DNA of 64,000 nucleotides, from the NCBI GenBank assembly GCA_937881075.1, contig CALGFD010000001.1:53798-117797 (forward strand), given 5' to 3'. The translations under genes and the position numbers were made by a program. How positions within the stretch are numbered: the stretch's first letter is position 1; the number at the start of each line of letters is the position of its first letter. Under the pieces are notes generated by a model. The model was not told the DNA's origin. It worked only from the letters and a program-made list of their open reading frames with translations, and did not search any database. Positions 21,401 to 29,601 of this stretch are shown here, in pieces. The stretch is from an uncultured Planctomycetales bacterium. Its GTDB lineage: Bacteria > Planctomycetota > Planctomycetia > Pirellulales > Thermoguttaceae.

Positions 21401-22863
21401 TCGGCATTCCCGCCGACGATCAACGGCGGATCTTTGCCCCCTTCACCCAGGAGGACGCTTCGACGACGCGATTATACGGCGGCACCGGGCTGGGACTGAC
21501 CATCGCCGCCAAACTCGTGGAATTGATGGGCGGGCGCATCTGGATCGAAAGCGAATTGGGCAAAGGCAGTGTCTTCCATTTCACCGTGCGGATGGGATTG
21601 CCGGAAGCCGGCGCCGAGCAGTTGAACTTCGGCTTGGTTACCCGGGATGCCTTGCGCGGGCTGCCGGTGCTGGTGGTGGCGCAGAACCTGACCAACCGCC
21701 GGGTCATCATGGAGACCTTCAAGCGGTGGGCCATGAAGCCCGAAACTGCTCAGGACGTGCCCCGGGCGATCGAAAAAGTGCTCCAGGCCGCCCGCCAGGG
21801 CCAGCCCTATCGCTTCGTCCTTGCGGACGCATTGCTGCCGGGCACCGATGGCTTCACCCTCGCCAGGGCCATCCAAGCGGAGCCCCCTCTGACGACCGCC
21901 GTGATCCTAATGATGTCGGAGTCCGAGCGGCGGAAGTTCGCCGAACGCTGCGCCGAACTGGGAGCGTTCTGCCTGGAAAAACCCATTTCCCAGTCTCATC
22001 TTTTCGACCTCGTGGTCAAGGTGCTGGGCATCGAGCAACGCAATGTTCACGACGATCGGGAGATTTGCCCGACGCTGGCCAAAGAGCCGCTGCGTCCCCT
22101 TCGCGTGCTGCTGGTCGAGGACACCGCCTCGAACCAAAAACTTGTCACCTGCGCGTTGGAGAACCGTGGCCACTGCTTGGTCGTCGCGGAGAATGGCCAC
22201 AAGGCCCTGGAGATCGTTCAGCGCGAGGAGTTTGACTTGATTCTGATGGATGTGCAGATGCCGGTGATGGACGGCATGACCGCGACCCGCGCGATCCGCG
22301 CTATGCAGCCGCCGATCAGCCAATTGCCGATCATCGCCATGACCGCGCACGCATTGACGGGTGACGCCGAACGCTGTCTCGAGGCGGGGATGGACGGATA
22401 TCTTGGCAAGCCCGTCCGCATCGACGAATTGATCGGCCTGGTGGAGCGGTTTGGTGAAAAAGCGAAGGCTCGCGAGCCGGCCGTGGCAACCTCCGCCGCG
22501 GTGGCCGCCCCCTCGCAAACCTTGTTCGATCTCGACACGGCCATGAAACATTGCCTCGGCCGCTACGAGCTGTTTCAGGACACCGTGGAGTGCTTCTTCC
22601 AATCGGCCGATCGCCTCTCGGAAGAAATGCAGGAGGGCATTGCCCGCGGCAATCTCGAACGAATCGGCGAGGCCGCCCATCGCTTGGTCGGCGTGTTGGT
22701 GGTCGGGGCGCAGCCCGTGGTCGAGGCCGCTCGGCGGGTGCAACAATTGGCGCTGGCGGGCGATCAGGCGGGCGTGATCGCGGCCGTCGATGACTTGCTT
22801 CGCCAAGTCGACGGCTTGAAAGATGCGCTGAGTCCGTACCGCCCCACGAACGACCCCAACTAA
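18472..22863 (+). CDS. large hybrid sensor histidine kinase (~1463 aa): CHASE3-like periplasmic domain, multi-TM DUF4118-like module, PAS, Q/E-rich coiled coil, GAF, PAS, HisKA, HATPase_c, pseudo-receiver, receiver, C-terminal HPt
   Basis: Start taken at the in-frame ATG (MNFRLKTGFAVALGAVILV...) after the CheR stop. The upstream 579 nt of the track ORF (17893..) overlap CheR in another frame and are not protein-like. Supporting motifs are the H-box FLANMSHELRTPMN, a HATPase region, two receiver-like segments (the second canonical: LLVEDTASNQKL...LILMDVQMPVMDGM) and a C-terminal HPt-like segment (EAAHRLVGVL). Confidence 0.8.
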   Translation: MNFRLKTGFAVALGAVILVTIGASAYLSTERLLEANAWVAASQQRLADLEHIVGLLKDAEAGQRGFLLTGQESYLAPYSRMLAHFHQNLAALSVGIEDDAEQKQSLGKIQKLAETRLAQFNEAIELRRQSALPAARAAALIERGQQTMDQLQEVVTQIRLAEQRVLEQRSEAARVFAARALRVVGLWIPASLLLLVLAAMAVVRVTALNRPALRGASPKKRAAFFLLRYAAALLVVLIATLLRLKLSEAFGPLPTYITLYPAVLLVAALGGGGPGLFATAMAIAAADYWFLPPDGFGIQTPHDLLALGIFASSNIFLCLLAERLRQASWTEAHHQAQQEELDLLKMGNLVGLDTQSRITHWSEGCHRLYGFSSEEAIGRNLDELLQTRFLEPSEARDPALNQRGYWEGEAVRQAKNGAARNVALLMALRRDERGRPTAMLEVSTDITEQKRAEEAQQQQSDELSRQNEELTQQAEELTQQTEELTQQAEELSSQNEELQSQSEEIQLLNVELARRENLLQKLLDSARLASTERKVMQDICQAALEMFGPAAAAVIVHEKAGPHLHVRAHAGLANGEALPESRPSRCTFAELVIQEDRTACLDDTGKRPDLTICNPEQGPPFQSVLAAPMRADGEPFGTVAVYAYVKQQWTAEQFRLAEWLAGQCGGILETLRLQERVQRLYEEQQTIFHAVPAMIWYKDTKNNILRVNRAAALALGKPAVEIEGHSCHQLFPDEAERYYQDDLEVIRSAQPKLAIIEPLTLPTGQKRWVQTDKIPYRNTAGTVSGVLLFSIDITERKQFEEELQRAKAAAEAANVAKSQFLANMSHELRTPMNTILGMTELALGEQLSVRVRDYLQTARQSADGLLELLNEILDLSRVEAGKFDLESTLFDVHKAVDQVIKTVGLRAEEKGLELTCDLDGIPAQLVGDPLRLRQILVNLVGNAIKFTGEGEVAVRAHVVSSEAHEVVLQFEVADTGIGIPADDQRRIFAPFTQEDASTTRLYGGTGLGLTIAAKLVELMGGRIWIESELGKGSVFHFTVRMGLPEAGAEQLNFGLVTRDALRGLPVLVVAQNLTNRRVIMETFKRWAMKPETAQDVPRAIEKVLQAARQGQPYRFVLADALLPGTDGFTLARAIQAEPPLTTAVILMMSESERRKFAERCAELGAFCLEKPISQSHLFDLVVKVLGIEQRNVHDDREICPTLAKEPLRPLRVLLVEDTASNQKLVTCALENRGHCLVVAENGHKALEIVQREEFDLILMDVQMPVMDGMTATRAIRAMQPPISQLPIIAMTAHALTGDAERCLEAGMDGYLGKPVRIDELIGLVERFGEKAKAREPAVATSAAVAAPSQTLFDLDTAMKHCLGRYELFQDTVECFFQSADRLSEEMQEGIARGNLERIGEAAHRLVGVLVVGAQPVVEAARRVQQLALAGDQAGVIAAVDDLLRQVDGLKDALSPYRPTNDPN

Positions 22864-22941
22864 GCCGACGGCCGTGGGTATTCTTTCCCGCCGCGCTGGC
22901 TTATAATACCGAGCCAAATTCCGCGACAATGAAGGAGAACC

Positions 22942-24630
22942 ATGGCTCCCCAGTTCGTTTTTGAAATGCACGACGTTAGCAAGAACTACGGCGAAAAGGT
23001 CGTGCTTCGCGATATCAGCCTCTCGTTCTTTTACGGCGCGAAAATCGGCGTGGTCGGCGAAAACGGCGCCGGCAAGTCGACCCTGCTGAAGATCATGGCC
23101 GGCATCGACAAGGATTTCGACGGGACGGCCAACCTGGCCAAGGGAATGCGGGTCCGTTACGTGGCCCAGGAACCGCAACTCGATCTCGACCGAACGGTGC
23201 GCGAAAACTTGCTGACAGCCATGCAGCCGATTCAGGACTTGGTCGATCGCTTCAACGAGATCACCGTGCGGATGGGCGACCCGCAGCCCGACGACGATTT
23301 TGACAAGCTGATGGACGAGATGAGCCGCCTGCAGGAACAGATCGACGCCTGCAACGGCTGGGAGCTCGACCGGATGATGGACATTGCCTGCGACGCCTTG
23401 GTGTTGCCACCCGACGACACACCCGTGCGGCAACTCTCCGGCGGCGAGCGGCGACGCGTCGCGCTGGGCATGGCCCTGTTGGAAAAACCGGACTTGCTGC
23501 TGTTGGACGAGCCGACCAACCACCTCGACGCCGAAACCGTGCAGTGGCTCGAACAGACGTTGCGCGAATATCCCGGCACGGTCATCATCGTCACCCACGA
23601 CCGCTACTTCTTGGATAACATCACCAAGTGGATCCTCGAACTGGAAAATGGCCGTGGCTTGCCATTCGAAGGCAACTATTCGTCATGGCTCGAACAGAAG
23701 GCCCAACTGCTGCGGATCATTGACAAGCGAGAGACGCAGCGCCAGAAAACTTTGCAGCGCGAGTTGGAGTGGATTCGCAAGTCGCATCAGGGCCGTCAGC
23801 AAAAGAACGAGGCCCGCGTAAAGGCCTACGAACAACTGGCGGCCGAGCAGATCGATCCGACCAGTGAAACGATCATCCAGATTGCACCCGGCCCACGGTT
23901 GGGCGAAAAAGTCCTGCAATTCAACGACGTCTCGAAGTCGTTCCAGTCCGAAGGGCAGGAACTGGTGCTATTGCAGGAATGTTCGTTCAACCTGCCGCGC
24001 GGAGCCATCGTCGGCGTGATCGGCCCCAACGGTACCGGCAAGACCACGTTGATGCGGATGATCGTTGGCCAGGAAGAACCGGACGCCGGCAAGATCGAAA
24101 TTGGCCCGAGCGTGGTCCTCTCCTACGTCGATCAACACCGCGACGCGCTCGATGACGAAAAATCGGTCTTCGACGAAATCACCGGCGGCGCCGACCGCAT
24201 CGAGTTGGGCAAGGTGGCCGTCGCCTCGCGGGCGTACGTCGCCCGCTTCAACTTCCGCAGCAGCCAGCAACAGAAACTCGTCGGCCAGTGCTCCGGCGGC
24301 GAGCGAAACCGCATCCACCTGGCCAAAATGCTCCGCCGCGGCGGCAACTTGATCCTCCTGGACGAGCCCACCAACGACCTCGACGTGGCCACGATGCGGG
24401 TGCTAGAAGAGGCCATCCTCAACTTCTCCGGCTGCGCGATGGTCATCAGTCACGACCGGTTCTTCCTCGATCGCATCTGTACGCACCTGCTGGTGATGGA
24501 AGGCGACGGCCGCACCCGTTGGTTCGAGGGCAACTTTGCCGCCTACGAGGAAGCGATTCTGGCCGAAAACCCCGACCGCTTCGCCCACCGTCGCGGCAAG
24601 TATCACCAGTTGACGGGCAAGCTGCGGTAA
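22942..24630 (+). CDS. ettA: energy-dependent translational throttle protein EttA (ABC-F ATPase)
   Basis: 562 aa, two ABC cassettes. The N-terminus MAPQFVFEMHDVSKNYGEKVVLRDISLSFFYGAKIGVVGENGAGKSTLLKIMAG is near-identical in pattern to EttA/YjjK. Confidence 0.9.
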   Translation: MAPQFVFEMHDVSKNYGEKVVLRDISLSFFYGAKIGVVGENGAGKSTLLKIMAGIDKDFDGTANLAKGMRVRYVAQEPQLDLDRTVRENLLTAMQPIQDLVDRFNEITVRMGDPQPDDDFDKLMDEMSRLQEQIDACNGWELDRMMDIACDALVLPPDDTPVRQLSGGERRRVALGMALLEKPDLLLLDEPTNHLDAETVQWLEQTLREYPGTVIIVTHDRYFLDNITKWILELENGRGLPFEGNYSSWLEQKAQLLRIIDKRETQRQKTLQRELEWIRKSHQGRQQKNEARVKAYEQLAAEQIDPTSETIIQIAPGPRLGEKVLQFNDVSKSFQSEGQELVLLQECSFNLPRGAIVGVIGPNGTGKTTLMRMIVGQEEPDAGKIEIGPSVVLSYVDQHRDALDDEKSVFDEITGGADRIELGKVAVASRAYVARFNFRSSQQQKLVGQCSGGERNRIHLAKMLRRGGNLILLDEPTNDLDVATMRVLEEAILNFSGCAMVISHDRFFLDRICTHLLVMEGDGRTRWFEGNFAAYEEAILAENPDRFAHRRGKYHQLTGKLR

Positions 24631-24815
24631 CAGCGACGTAGCGACGAAATGATGGAGGGTGGGCCGAGCGAAGCGAGCCCCCCCGGGTTGCCAATGGAAG
24701 ATAAGCCTACTACGCCGCCTGATCCTGATTGACCTCGGCTGCTGCTTTGGCGACCGGCTTCGGCCTTAGGATAGTGAGACAATCCAACTGCGGTTTACGC
24801 CAGCCGATCACTTGG

Positions 24816-25709
24816 TTACGCCCCGCCGCACGGCCCGTGCAGCATGTCGTGGGCGTGATAGCTCGATCGGACGAACGGGCCGCTGGCCACTTGCTCGTAG
24901 CCGATCTGCCGGGCGAGTTGCCCGAGGTGCTCGAACTCCTCGGGCGTCAGGTAGCGGACCACCGGCATCTGTCGCGGCGACGGCTGCAGGTACTGACCCA
25001 TCGTCAGCATCCGGCAGCCTGCATCATGCAGTTCGGCCAGCATGTCGAGCAGTTCGTCGGTGGTTTCGCCCAGCCCCAGCATGACGCCGGTTTTCAAGGC
25101 GATGGCCGGGTTGCCTTGTCGAATGCGGCGGAACATATCGAGCGTCCAGCGGTAGTTCGTTCGCGGATCGCGCACCATCGGATAGAGCCGCGGCACCGTC
25201 TCGGTGTTGTGGTTGTAGACTTCCGGCCGGGCCGCCACGAGCTGATCAATCGCCGCCGTGTTGCCGCCGAAGTCGGACGGAAGCACCTCGATGGTCGCTT
25301 GGGCGATCTCGCGCACGGCATTGATCGTCTCCACAAAATGGGCCGCGCCGCCATCGGGCAGATCGTCACGGGTAACGCAGGTGATGACCACGTGCTTCAG
25401 GCCGAGCGTCCTTGCAGCCTCGGCGATGCGACGGGGCTCGTCCGGATCCGGCGGCAGCGGATGCCCCTTGCGAACGCTGCAAAAGCGGCAGGCCCGGGTG
25501 CAGATGTCGCCCAGGATCATGAACGTGGCCGCCTTCTGCGAATAGCACTCCATGCGGTTGGGGCACTTGGCGTGGTCGCAGACGGTCTGCAGGCCGAGTT
25601 CGCCAATCAGCTTGGCCGTGAAGTGATTGGCGTTGCCCTTCGGCACGTTCCGCTTCAGCCAACGCGGCAACCGGTTGTGGACGTTCGAGTGGGGATTTTG
25701 GCAGGACAT
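24816..25709 (-). CDS. lipA: lipoyl synthase
   Basis: Radical-SAM CxxxCxxC (CTRACRFCSV) plus the N-terminal LipA-specific Cys cluster (CDHAKCPNRMEC). Adjacent to lipB. Confidence 0.92.
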   Translation of the reverse strand: MSCQNPHSNVHNRLPRWLKRNVPKGNANHFTAKLIGELGLQTVCDHAKCPNRMECYSQKAATFMILGDICTRACRFCSVRKGHPLPPDPDEPRRIAEAARTLGLKHVVITCVTRDDLPDGGAAHFVETINAVREIAQATIEVLPSDFGGNTAAIDQLVAARPEVYNHNTETVPRLYPMVRDPRTNYRWTLDMFRRIRQGNPAIALKTGVMLGLGETTDELLDMLAELHDAGCRMLTMGQYLQPSPRQMPVVRYLTPEEFEHLGQLARQIGYEQVASGPFVRSSYHAHDMLHGPCGGA

Positions 25710-25953
25710 TCCGCTATTTTAGGGCAAATCCGAGCGGGCAGCAAATGGCCGTGCTTTGCGAGTGCAGTAGCATGGCATCGTGGAGGTTTAGCGGTCGACG
25801 GCACGTCGACCTAAGCGCCCGCCGCCGTACCACCGGCTAAACAATTAGCATTTCTGACCACAAAGAGTTGCTGCGCCCTTTTCTGCGGCAGCGACGGATC
25901 GGCCGGTCCACCATGGTTCACGAAGGGCACGACGGAAACGAGCGGCGACCGGG

Positions 25954-26442
25954 CTATTGCTCGCTTTGCGCCAGTTCGGCATCCGAGGCCGCGTCGGGTT
26001 GCCGTTCTCGAAGCAATTCCTGGAGTGCGTCGTGATATTCAACCAACATTTGGCTCTGCACATCGCCCCGAAAGCACTTGATGCCGATTATCACTTGGTG
26101 TATTCCTTTGAACATCCAGACGCCACCCAAGAAGCCAAACGACAATCCTAGGCAAAAGCCTGCATCGAGATTCTGTGGCAGTTGGGCCGGATTCAAGTTG
26201 GCTAACCGGCCGGCTATCCGATACGTGACCACGACAATGGTGATGGCAACCGCGATTAAGAGCAACCCCATGGCAACCGAAAACACTCCGACCTTCCGCC
26301 CATGTTTTCGATATTGCTCGACCTCTTTTCGCGCTCGTTGCAGGCATTTTTCCCGCGCGGTGAGGCGACGTTTCTCTGAATGCCCGGTATTGTCCAGAAT
26401 CGATTCGGCAGATGTCGGTTGCAGTGTATCGCACATGCCCAC
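25954..26442 (-). CDS. hypothetical membrane protein (162 aa, 2-3 predicted TM helices)
   Basis: Hydrophobic segments VGVFSVAMGLLLIAVAITIVVVTY and AGFCLGLSFGFLGGVWMF. No family recognised. Confidence 0.5.
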   Translation of the reverse strand: MGMCDTLQPTSAESILDNTGHSEKRRLTAREKCLQRARKEVEQYRKHGRKVGVFSVAMGLLLIAVAITIVVVTYRIAGRLANLNPAQLPQNLDAGFCLGLSFGFLGGVWMFKGIHQVIIGIKCFRGDVQSQMLVEYHDALQELLRERQPDAASDAELAQSEQ

Positions 26443-26596
26443 ATTCTATTGATCCTCAGCAACGTAATGCAACGGCCCTTGTACGATTCTGCCGCAATAA
26501 AGGCGCAAAGACCTGAACCATTCTTCGCGCCTTTGCGCCTTGGCGAGAGGTCCGCTCTTTCTTCGTGTCCTTAGTGCCCTTCGTGGATTGCAGGCG

Positions 26597-27415
26597 TCAT
26601 GACACGCGGCGGAGCAGCGGGTGGCCCGTGTAAAGATGGTAGCGGTCGCAGCCAAGACGGTCGGCCAGTTGGGCGATCAAGGCAGCACGGACGGCGGTCA
26701 TCTTCATCGGCCCGCAACGCTCGGCCACAAGGCAACTCATCGGTGCCGCGTCGGTCGGATTGCTACGCACCAGGCGGAACAGGCCGGTCGGCGGACAGAC
26801 ATTCAGATACGCGCCGTAGTAGGTGATCCAATCGCGGACGGCGACGCCGATCGCGGCCAACTGGCCGGTGCGGCCGTAGACGGCGTCGTGCGACGCAGCC
26901 CTCACCCCTTGCCCTTCGCCCAAAGGGAGAGGGGACGAAGTGCCGGTCGACTCAGCGGTTCTGTCGTTCAGAGAGACGCGTTGCAGTGCAGTATGCGGCT
27001 GCGTCGTGGCCGAGACATTCAATTCACGCAGGCTGGCAACGATGCCCGACTGCAAGCGGACGAGAAACTCGGCTACCGAAAAGCCATGCCAGCGGAGCGG
27101 CACGATCGGATAGATGGCCAACTGTCCCAGGCAATGCACCAGGCAACCACCGCCACGATTCACCCAGCGGGTTTCCAGTTGCCGGCTCCGCAACAAATGG
27201 TTGTGCAAGGCCACATCGGCCGGCGAACCGCCGCGACCGACCGTGACGATCGGCGGATGCTCGCACAACAGGAGCGTCACCTGCCCGTCGCCTCGGTAGC
27301 GAGTCTCTTCGACGATCCGCTGCTGCAACACCAGCGCCTGATCGAACGCAATCTGTCCGATTAGAAAGGCCTCAAGGGCCGGCGGTCGCGAAGTGTCGTC
27401 AAACGGGGGGAGCAT
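26597..27415 (-). CDS. lipB: octanoyltransferase (lipoate-protein ligase B), carrying a low-complexity insertion
   Basis: LipB motifs (VTVGRGG, NRGGGCLVHCLGQLAIYP). An insertion (DRTAESTGTSSPLPLGEGQGVRAASHD) is not present in typical LipB. Adjacent to lipA. Confidence 0.8.
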   Translation of the reverse strand: MLPPFDDTSRPPALEAFLIGQIAFDQALVLQQRIVEETRYRGDGQVTLLLCEHPPIVTVGRGGSPADVALHNHLLRSRQLETRWVNRGGGCLVHCLGQLAIYPIVPLRWHGFSVAEFLVRLQSGIVASLRELNVSATTQPHTALQRVSLNDRTAESTGTSSPLPLGEGQGVRAASHDAVYGRTGQLAAIGVAVRDWITYYGAYLNVCPPTGLFRLVRSNPTDAAPMSCLVAERCGPMKMTAVRAALIAQLADRLGCDRYHLYTGHPLLRRVS

Positions 27416-27458
27416 ATTGTGCTATTTGGTTTCTCGATACTCAACGGGCCGTCGGCTG

Positions 27459-27566
27459 CTATTTAGGTTCAGCAAAGGAATGTCGGGAGGCCGACGAACG
27501 GGAGGCCGGTCAACAGGAGTTTTTTGGCTCAGAACCCCCGACGTTATTTACCTGAGTATCAATAAA
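27459..27566 (+). repeat. copy A of a ~107-nt interspersed element (family R1)
   Basis: ctatttaggttcagcaaaggaatgtcgggaggccgacgaacgggaggccggtcaacaggagttttttggctcagaacccccgacgttatttacctgagtatcaataaa. Over 90% identical to copies at 28273, 54228 and 56441, and more distantly to 42556. Lies between the divergent lipB and smpB genes. Confidence 0.85.
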
Positions 27567-27775
27567 CGACGACAAAGTCCAATCGTTACGACGCCCGCAC
27601 CGTCCGGCAACTTGAGTTCGCGGGCCGAAAACGGTAAAAGGGGGTATTATCCAATGCGATCGCCCAACGAGGAAAGGGCAAAACGGGTGGCCCTCAGAAC
27701 CTTCCGTCAGCGGCTGGAGGGGACCCGCAGCGAATAATCTGGAGAATAGCAACGAGTAAGGCTGGAAAGAAAAAG

Positions 27776-28246
27776 GCTGCCAGCGCGGCCAACCCGAACG
27801 AAAAGGTCATCACCCAAAACCGCAAGGCCCGGCACAATTACCTCGTGCTCGAAACGCTCGAGTGTGGCATTGTGCTGGTCGGCAGCGAGGTGAAGAGTCT
27901 GCGCACGGGGCGGGTCTCGCTGGAAGAGGCCTACGCCCGGGTGAAAGGCGACGAGGTGTGGCTGGTAGGCTGCGACATTGCCGAGTATTTTGAGGCCAAC
28001 CGCTTCAATCATCAGCCGCGCCGGCCGCGAAAGCTTCTGTTGCATCGCCGCGAAGTGAAAAAGTTCGCCAGCCGCGCCTTCGAGAAGGGACTAACACTCG
28101 TTCCCTTGGAGATGCACTTCAAACGGGGCTTTGCCAAAGTGGTGCTGGGTATCTGTCGCGGCAAGCAAAAACATGACAAACGCGAAAGCTTGAAAAAAGC
28201 CGAGGCCCAACGCGACATCCAGCGGCAAATGATGCGGCGGCGGTAA
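27776..28246 (+). CDS. smpB: SsrA-binding protein SmpB
   Basis: Conserved SmpB core (QNRKARHNYLVLETLECGIVLVGSEVKSLR...). The track ORF starts at a GTG (27845) inside the conserved N-terminal region, so the true start must be upstream. There is no in-frame ATG between the stop at about 27746 and that GTG. CTG at about 27761 or 27776 is the only candidate, so the start coordinate is uncertain. Confidence 0.8.
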   Translation, partial: AASAANPNEKVITQNRKARHNYLVLETLECGIVLVGSEVKSLRTGRVSLEEAYARVKGDEVWLVGCDIAEYFEANRFNHQPRRPRKLLLHRREVKKFASRAFEKGLTLVPLEMHFKRGFAKVVLGICRGKQKHDKRESLKKAEAQRDIQRQMMRRR

Positions 28247-28272
28247 GATCAACGCCGAGTGCCGTCGGCGGC

Positions 28273-28379
28273 TACTGAGTTTCAGCAAAGGAATGTCGGG
28301 AGGCCGACTAACGGGAGGCCGGTAAACAGGAGCTTTTTGGCTTAGAACGCCCGAAGTTATCTACCTGAGTGTCAATAAA
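28273..28379 (+). repeat. copy B of the R1 element
   Basis: ctactgagtttcagcaaaggaatgtcgggaggccgactaacgggaggccggtaaacaggagctttttggcttagaacgcccgaagttatctacctgagtgtcaataaa. Immediately downstream of smpB. Confidence 0.85.
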
Positions 28380-28387
28380 CCGACTCG

Positions 28388-28457
28388 TTGTCATCCTGAG
28401 CGCCGCAAACTCTCTCGCCGCTTCAATCAAGATTCCTCGCTCCGCTCGGAATGACAA
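28388..28457 (+). repeat. copy 1 of a ~70-nt palindromic element (family R2), directly abutting R1 copy B
   Basis: ttgtcatcctgagcg...cgctcggaatgacaa forms a 14-15-bp imperfect inverted repeat around a ~40-nt interior. Its reverse complement aligns along its length with the element at 40361..40431. Confidence 0.7.
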
Positions 28458-28479
28458 TGTAGCGGTCGAGGCCTTGTTC

Positions 28480-29601
28480 CTACTGCCCCATCTTACGCAA
28501 CTCGGTCGAAGAGACATCCTCACGAAAGACGTGCGGCGGCACCTCACGGCACAACGACTGCACTTCTTGCGGCAAGTCGAGATCGGCCAGACGGACAAAG
28601 CCGACGCCCAAGTCCCGGCCGAAAACCAGGAACCGGCAACCTCGTGCGGCAATCCGTTCGGTCGCCAATCTGCATGCCCGTTCGTCGCCGCCGTAGTACT
28701 GGGGCGAGACGACCCGGCGCAGCGTGTCGACCCCAACGATAAAGGTGGCGGTGGGGAACAATCGCGATTTTTCCTCGAAGGTCGCCGCCCGGGTGAGATA
28801 AACGGGTTGTTCGGCGGGAAACTGAGCGAGGCGGCGCTGGATCTCCACGTAGTCCAAGGGCGGCTTATCAACATTGATGATCGAGAGTTCGAGGGCCGGT
28901 GGATGCCCGGTGATTTCCTGGGCGACCTCGAGCATGCGGCGATGCCCGGCGTGCAGCGGATTGAACGCGCCCGGCATCACCAAGGGTGGATGGCCTTCCT
29001 GGGCAGTGATACGAACCGTTTCGCTGCGCCCCAGCAGCAGATCCTGCCACTCGCGCGGCGCATCGACGCGTGACGCTTCGACGTTTTCGCCTTCGAGCAA
29101 TTCCAGTTTCAGCCGCTCGGACACGTTACAGGATTCGGCGATGACGTTTAGTAGCAGTCGGCCGACGAGGCGCTCTTCTTCAGCGCGCGAGCGTCGGTCC
29201 TTGTGCAGTACCAATCGCCAGGCGGCGGTGGTGGTAACCGTTTGCATGGCCAAATGCGCCCGATGGGGTCCGCGCTTGGGACGGTCCGTGGCCAGGCTGG
29301 CCGTGCAGGAAACGCCGGCCACGGCGGCATCGGCCGGCGCACAACGCAGAGCACGTCGAAAGGCGGCCATCGCCATCGCCCGGGCGGCCGCGGCCGAGCA
29401 GAACTCATCGGGCATTCCGCCCAACAGTTCGACCATCGCCGGGGCCGAATAGGGGATGATGGCTTCCAGCAAGGTCCGTGAACCGCCCGGCACCTCGAGC
29501 AAATCGGCCACCGCCCGGCTGCCACCACCGGTGATCGCCATCACCAGTTGTGTGGGCGAATCGTGGACTTGCTGGACGAGTTGTTCCGGCGATGGGAGCA
29601 T
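28480..29601 (-). CDS. two-domain protein: uncharacterised N-terminal domain + C-terminal HxGH-type nucleotidyltransferase (NadD/NMNAT-like cytidylyltransferase fold)
   Basis: PGAFNPLHAGHRRMLEVAQ carries the (T/H)xGH nucleotidyltransferase signature. The N-terminal ~200 aa (LPSPEQLVQQVHDSPTQLVMAITGGGSRAVADLL...) is not assigned. Start set at the internal ATG (MLPSPEQL); the ORF extends to 29784. Confidence 0.55.
   Translation of the reverse strand: MLPSPEQLVQQVHDSPTQLVMAITGGGSRAVADLLEVPGGSRTLLEAIIPYSAPAMVELLGGMPDEFCSAAAARAMAMAAFRRALRCAPADAAVAGVSCTASLATDRPKRGPHRAHLAMQTVTTTAAWRLVLHKDRRSRAEEERLVGRLLLNVIAESCNVSERLKLELLEGENVEASRVDAPREWQDLLLGRSETVRITAQEGHPPLVMPGAFNPLHAGHRRMLEVAQEITGHPPALELSIINVDKPPLDYVEIQRRLAQFPAEQPVYLTRAATFEEKSRLFPTATFIVGVDTLRRVVSPQYYGGDERACRLATERIAARGCRFLVFGRDLGVGFVRLADLDLPQEVQSLCREVPPHVFREDVSSTELRKMGQ

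Noticed and set aside
19621-23598. Long minus-strand ORFs (345 aa, 225 aa, 563 aa) antisense to the hybrid kinase and ettA
   Set aside because: They span gene boundaries and intergenic DNA, have biased Arg/Gly/Leu composition, and the sense-strand genes are strongly supported.
27530-27566. 14-codon TTG-initiated micro-ORF inside R1 preceded by AGGAG
   Set aside because: Intact in copies A and E but interrupted by TAG after two codons in copies B and D, so not a conserved peptide.
27569-27760. Possible tmRNA (ssrA) gene adjacent to smpB
   Set aside because: No tRNA-like acceptor/T-arm (GGTTCGANTCC...CCA) or tag-peptide ORF ending in ..ALAA found on either side of smpB.
27393-28874. Track ORFs reading through the R1 repeats (27393..27737 +, 27510..27752 -, 28308..28874 -, 54227..55198 -)
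   Set aside because: Their only conserved parts are the repeat itself (e.g. ...IDTQVNNVGGSEPKNSC); the reading frames differ outside the repeat and overlap well-supported genes (TetR, NadD-like).
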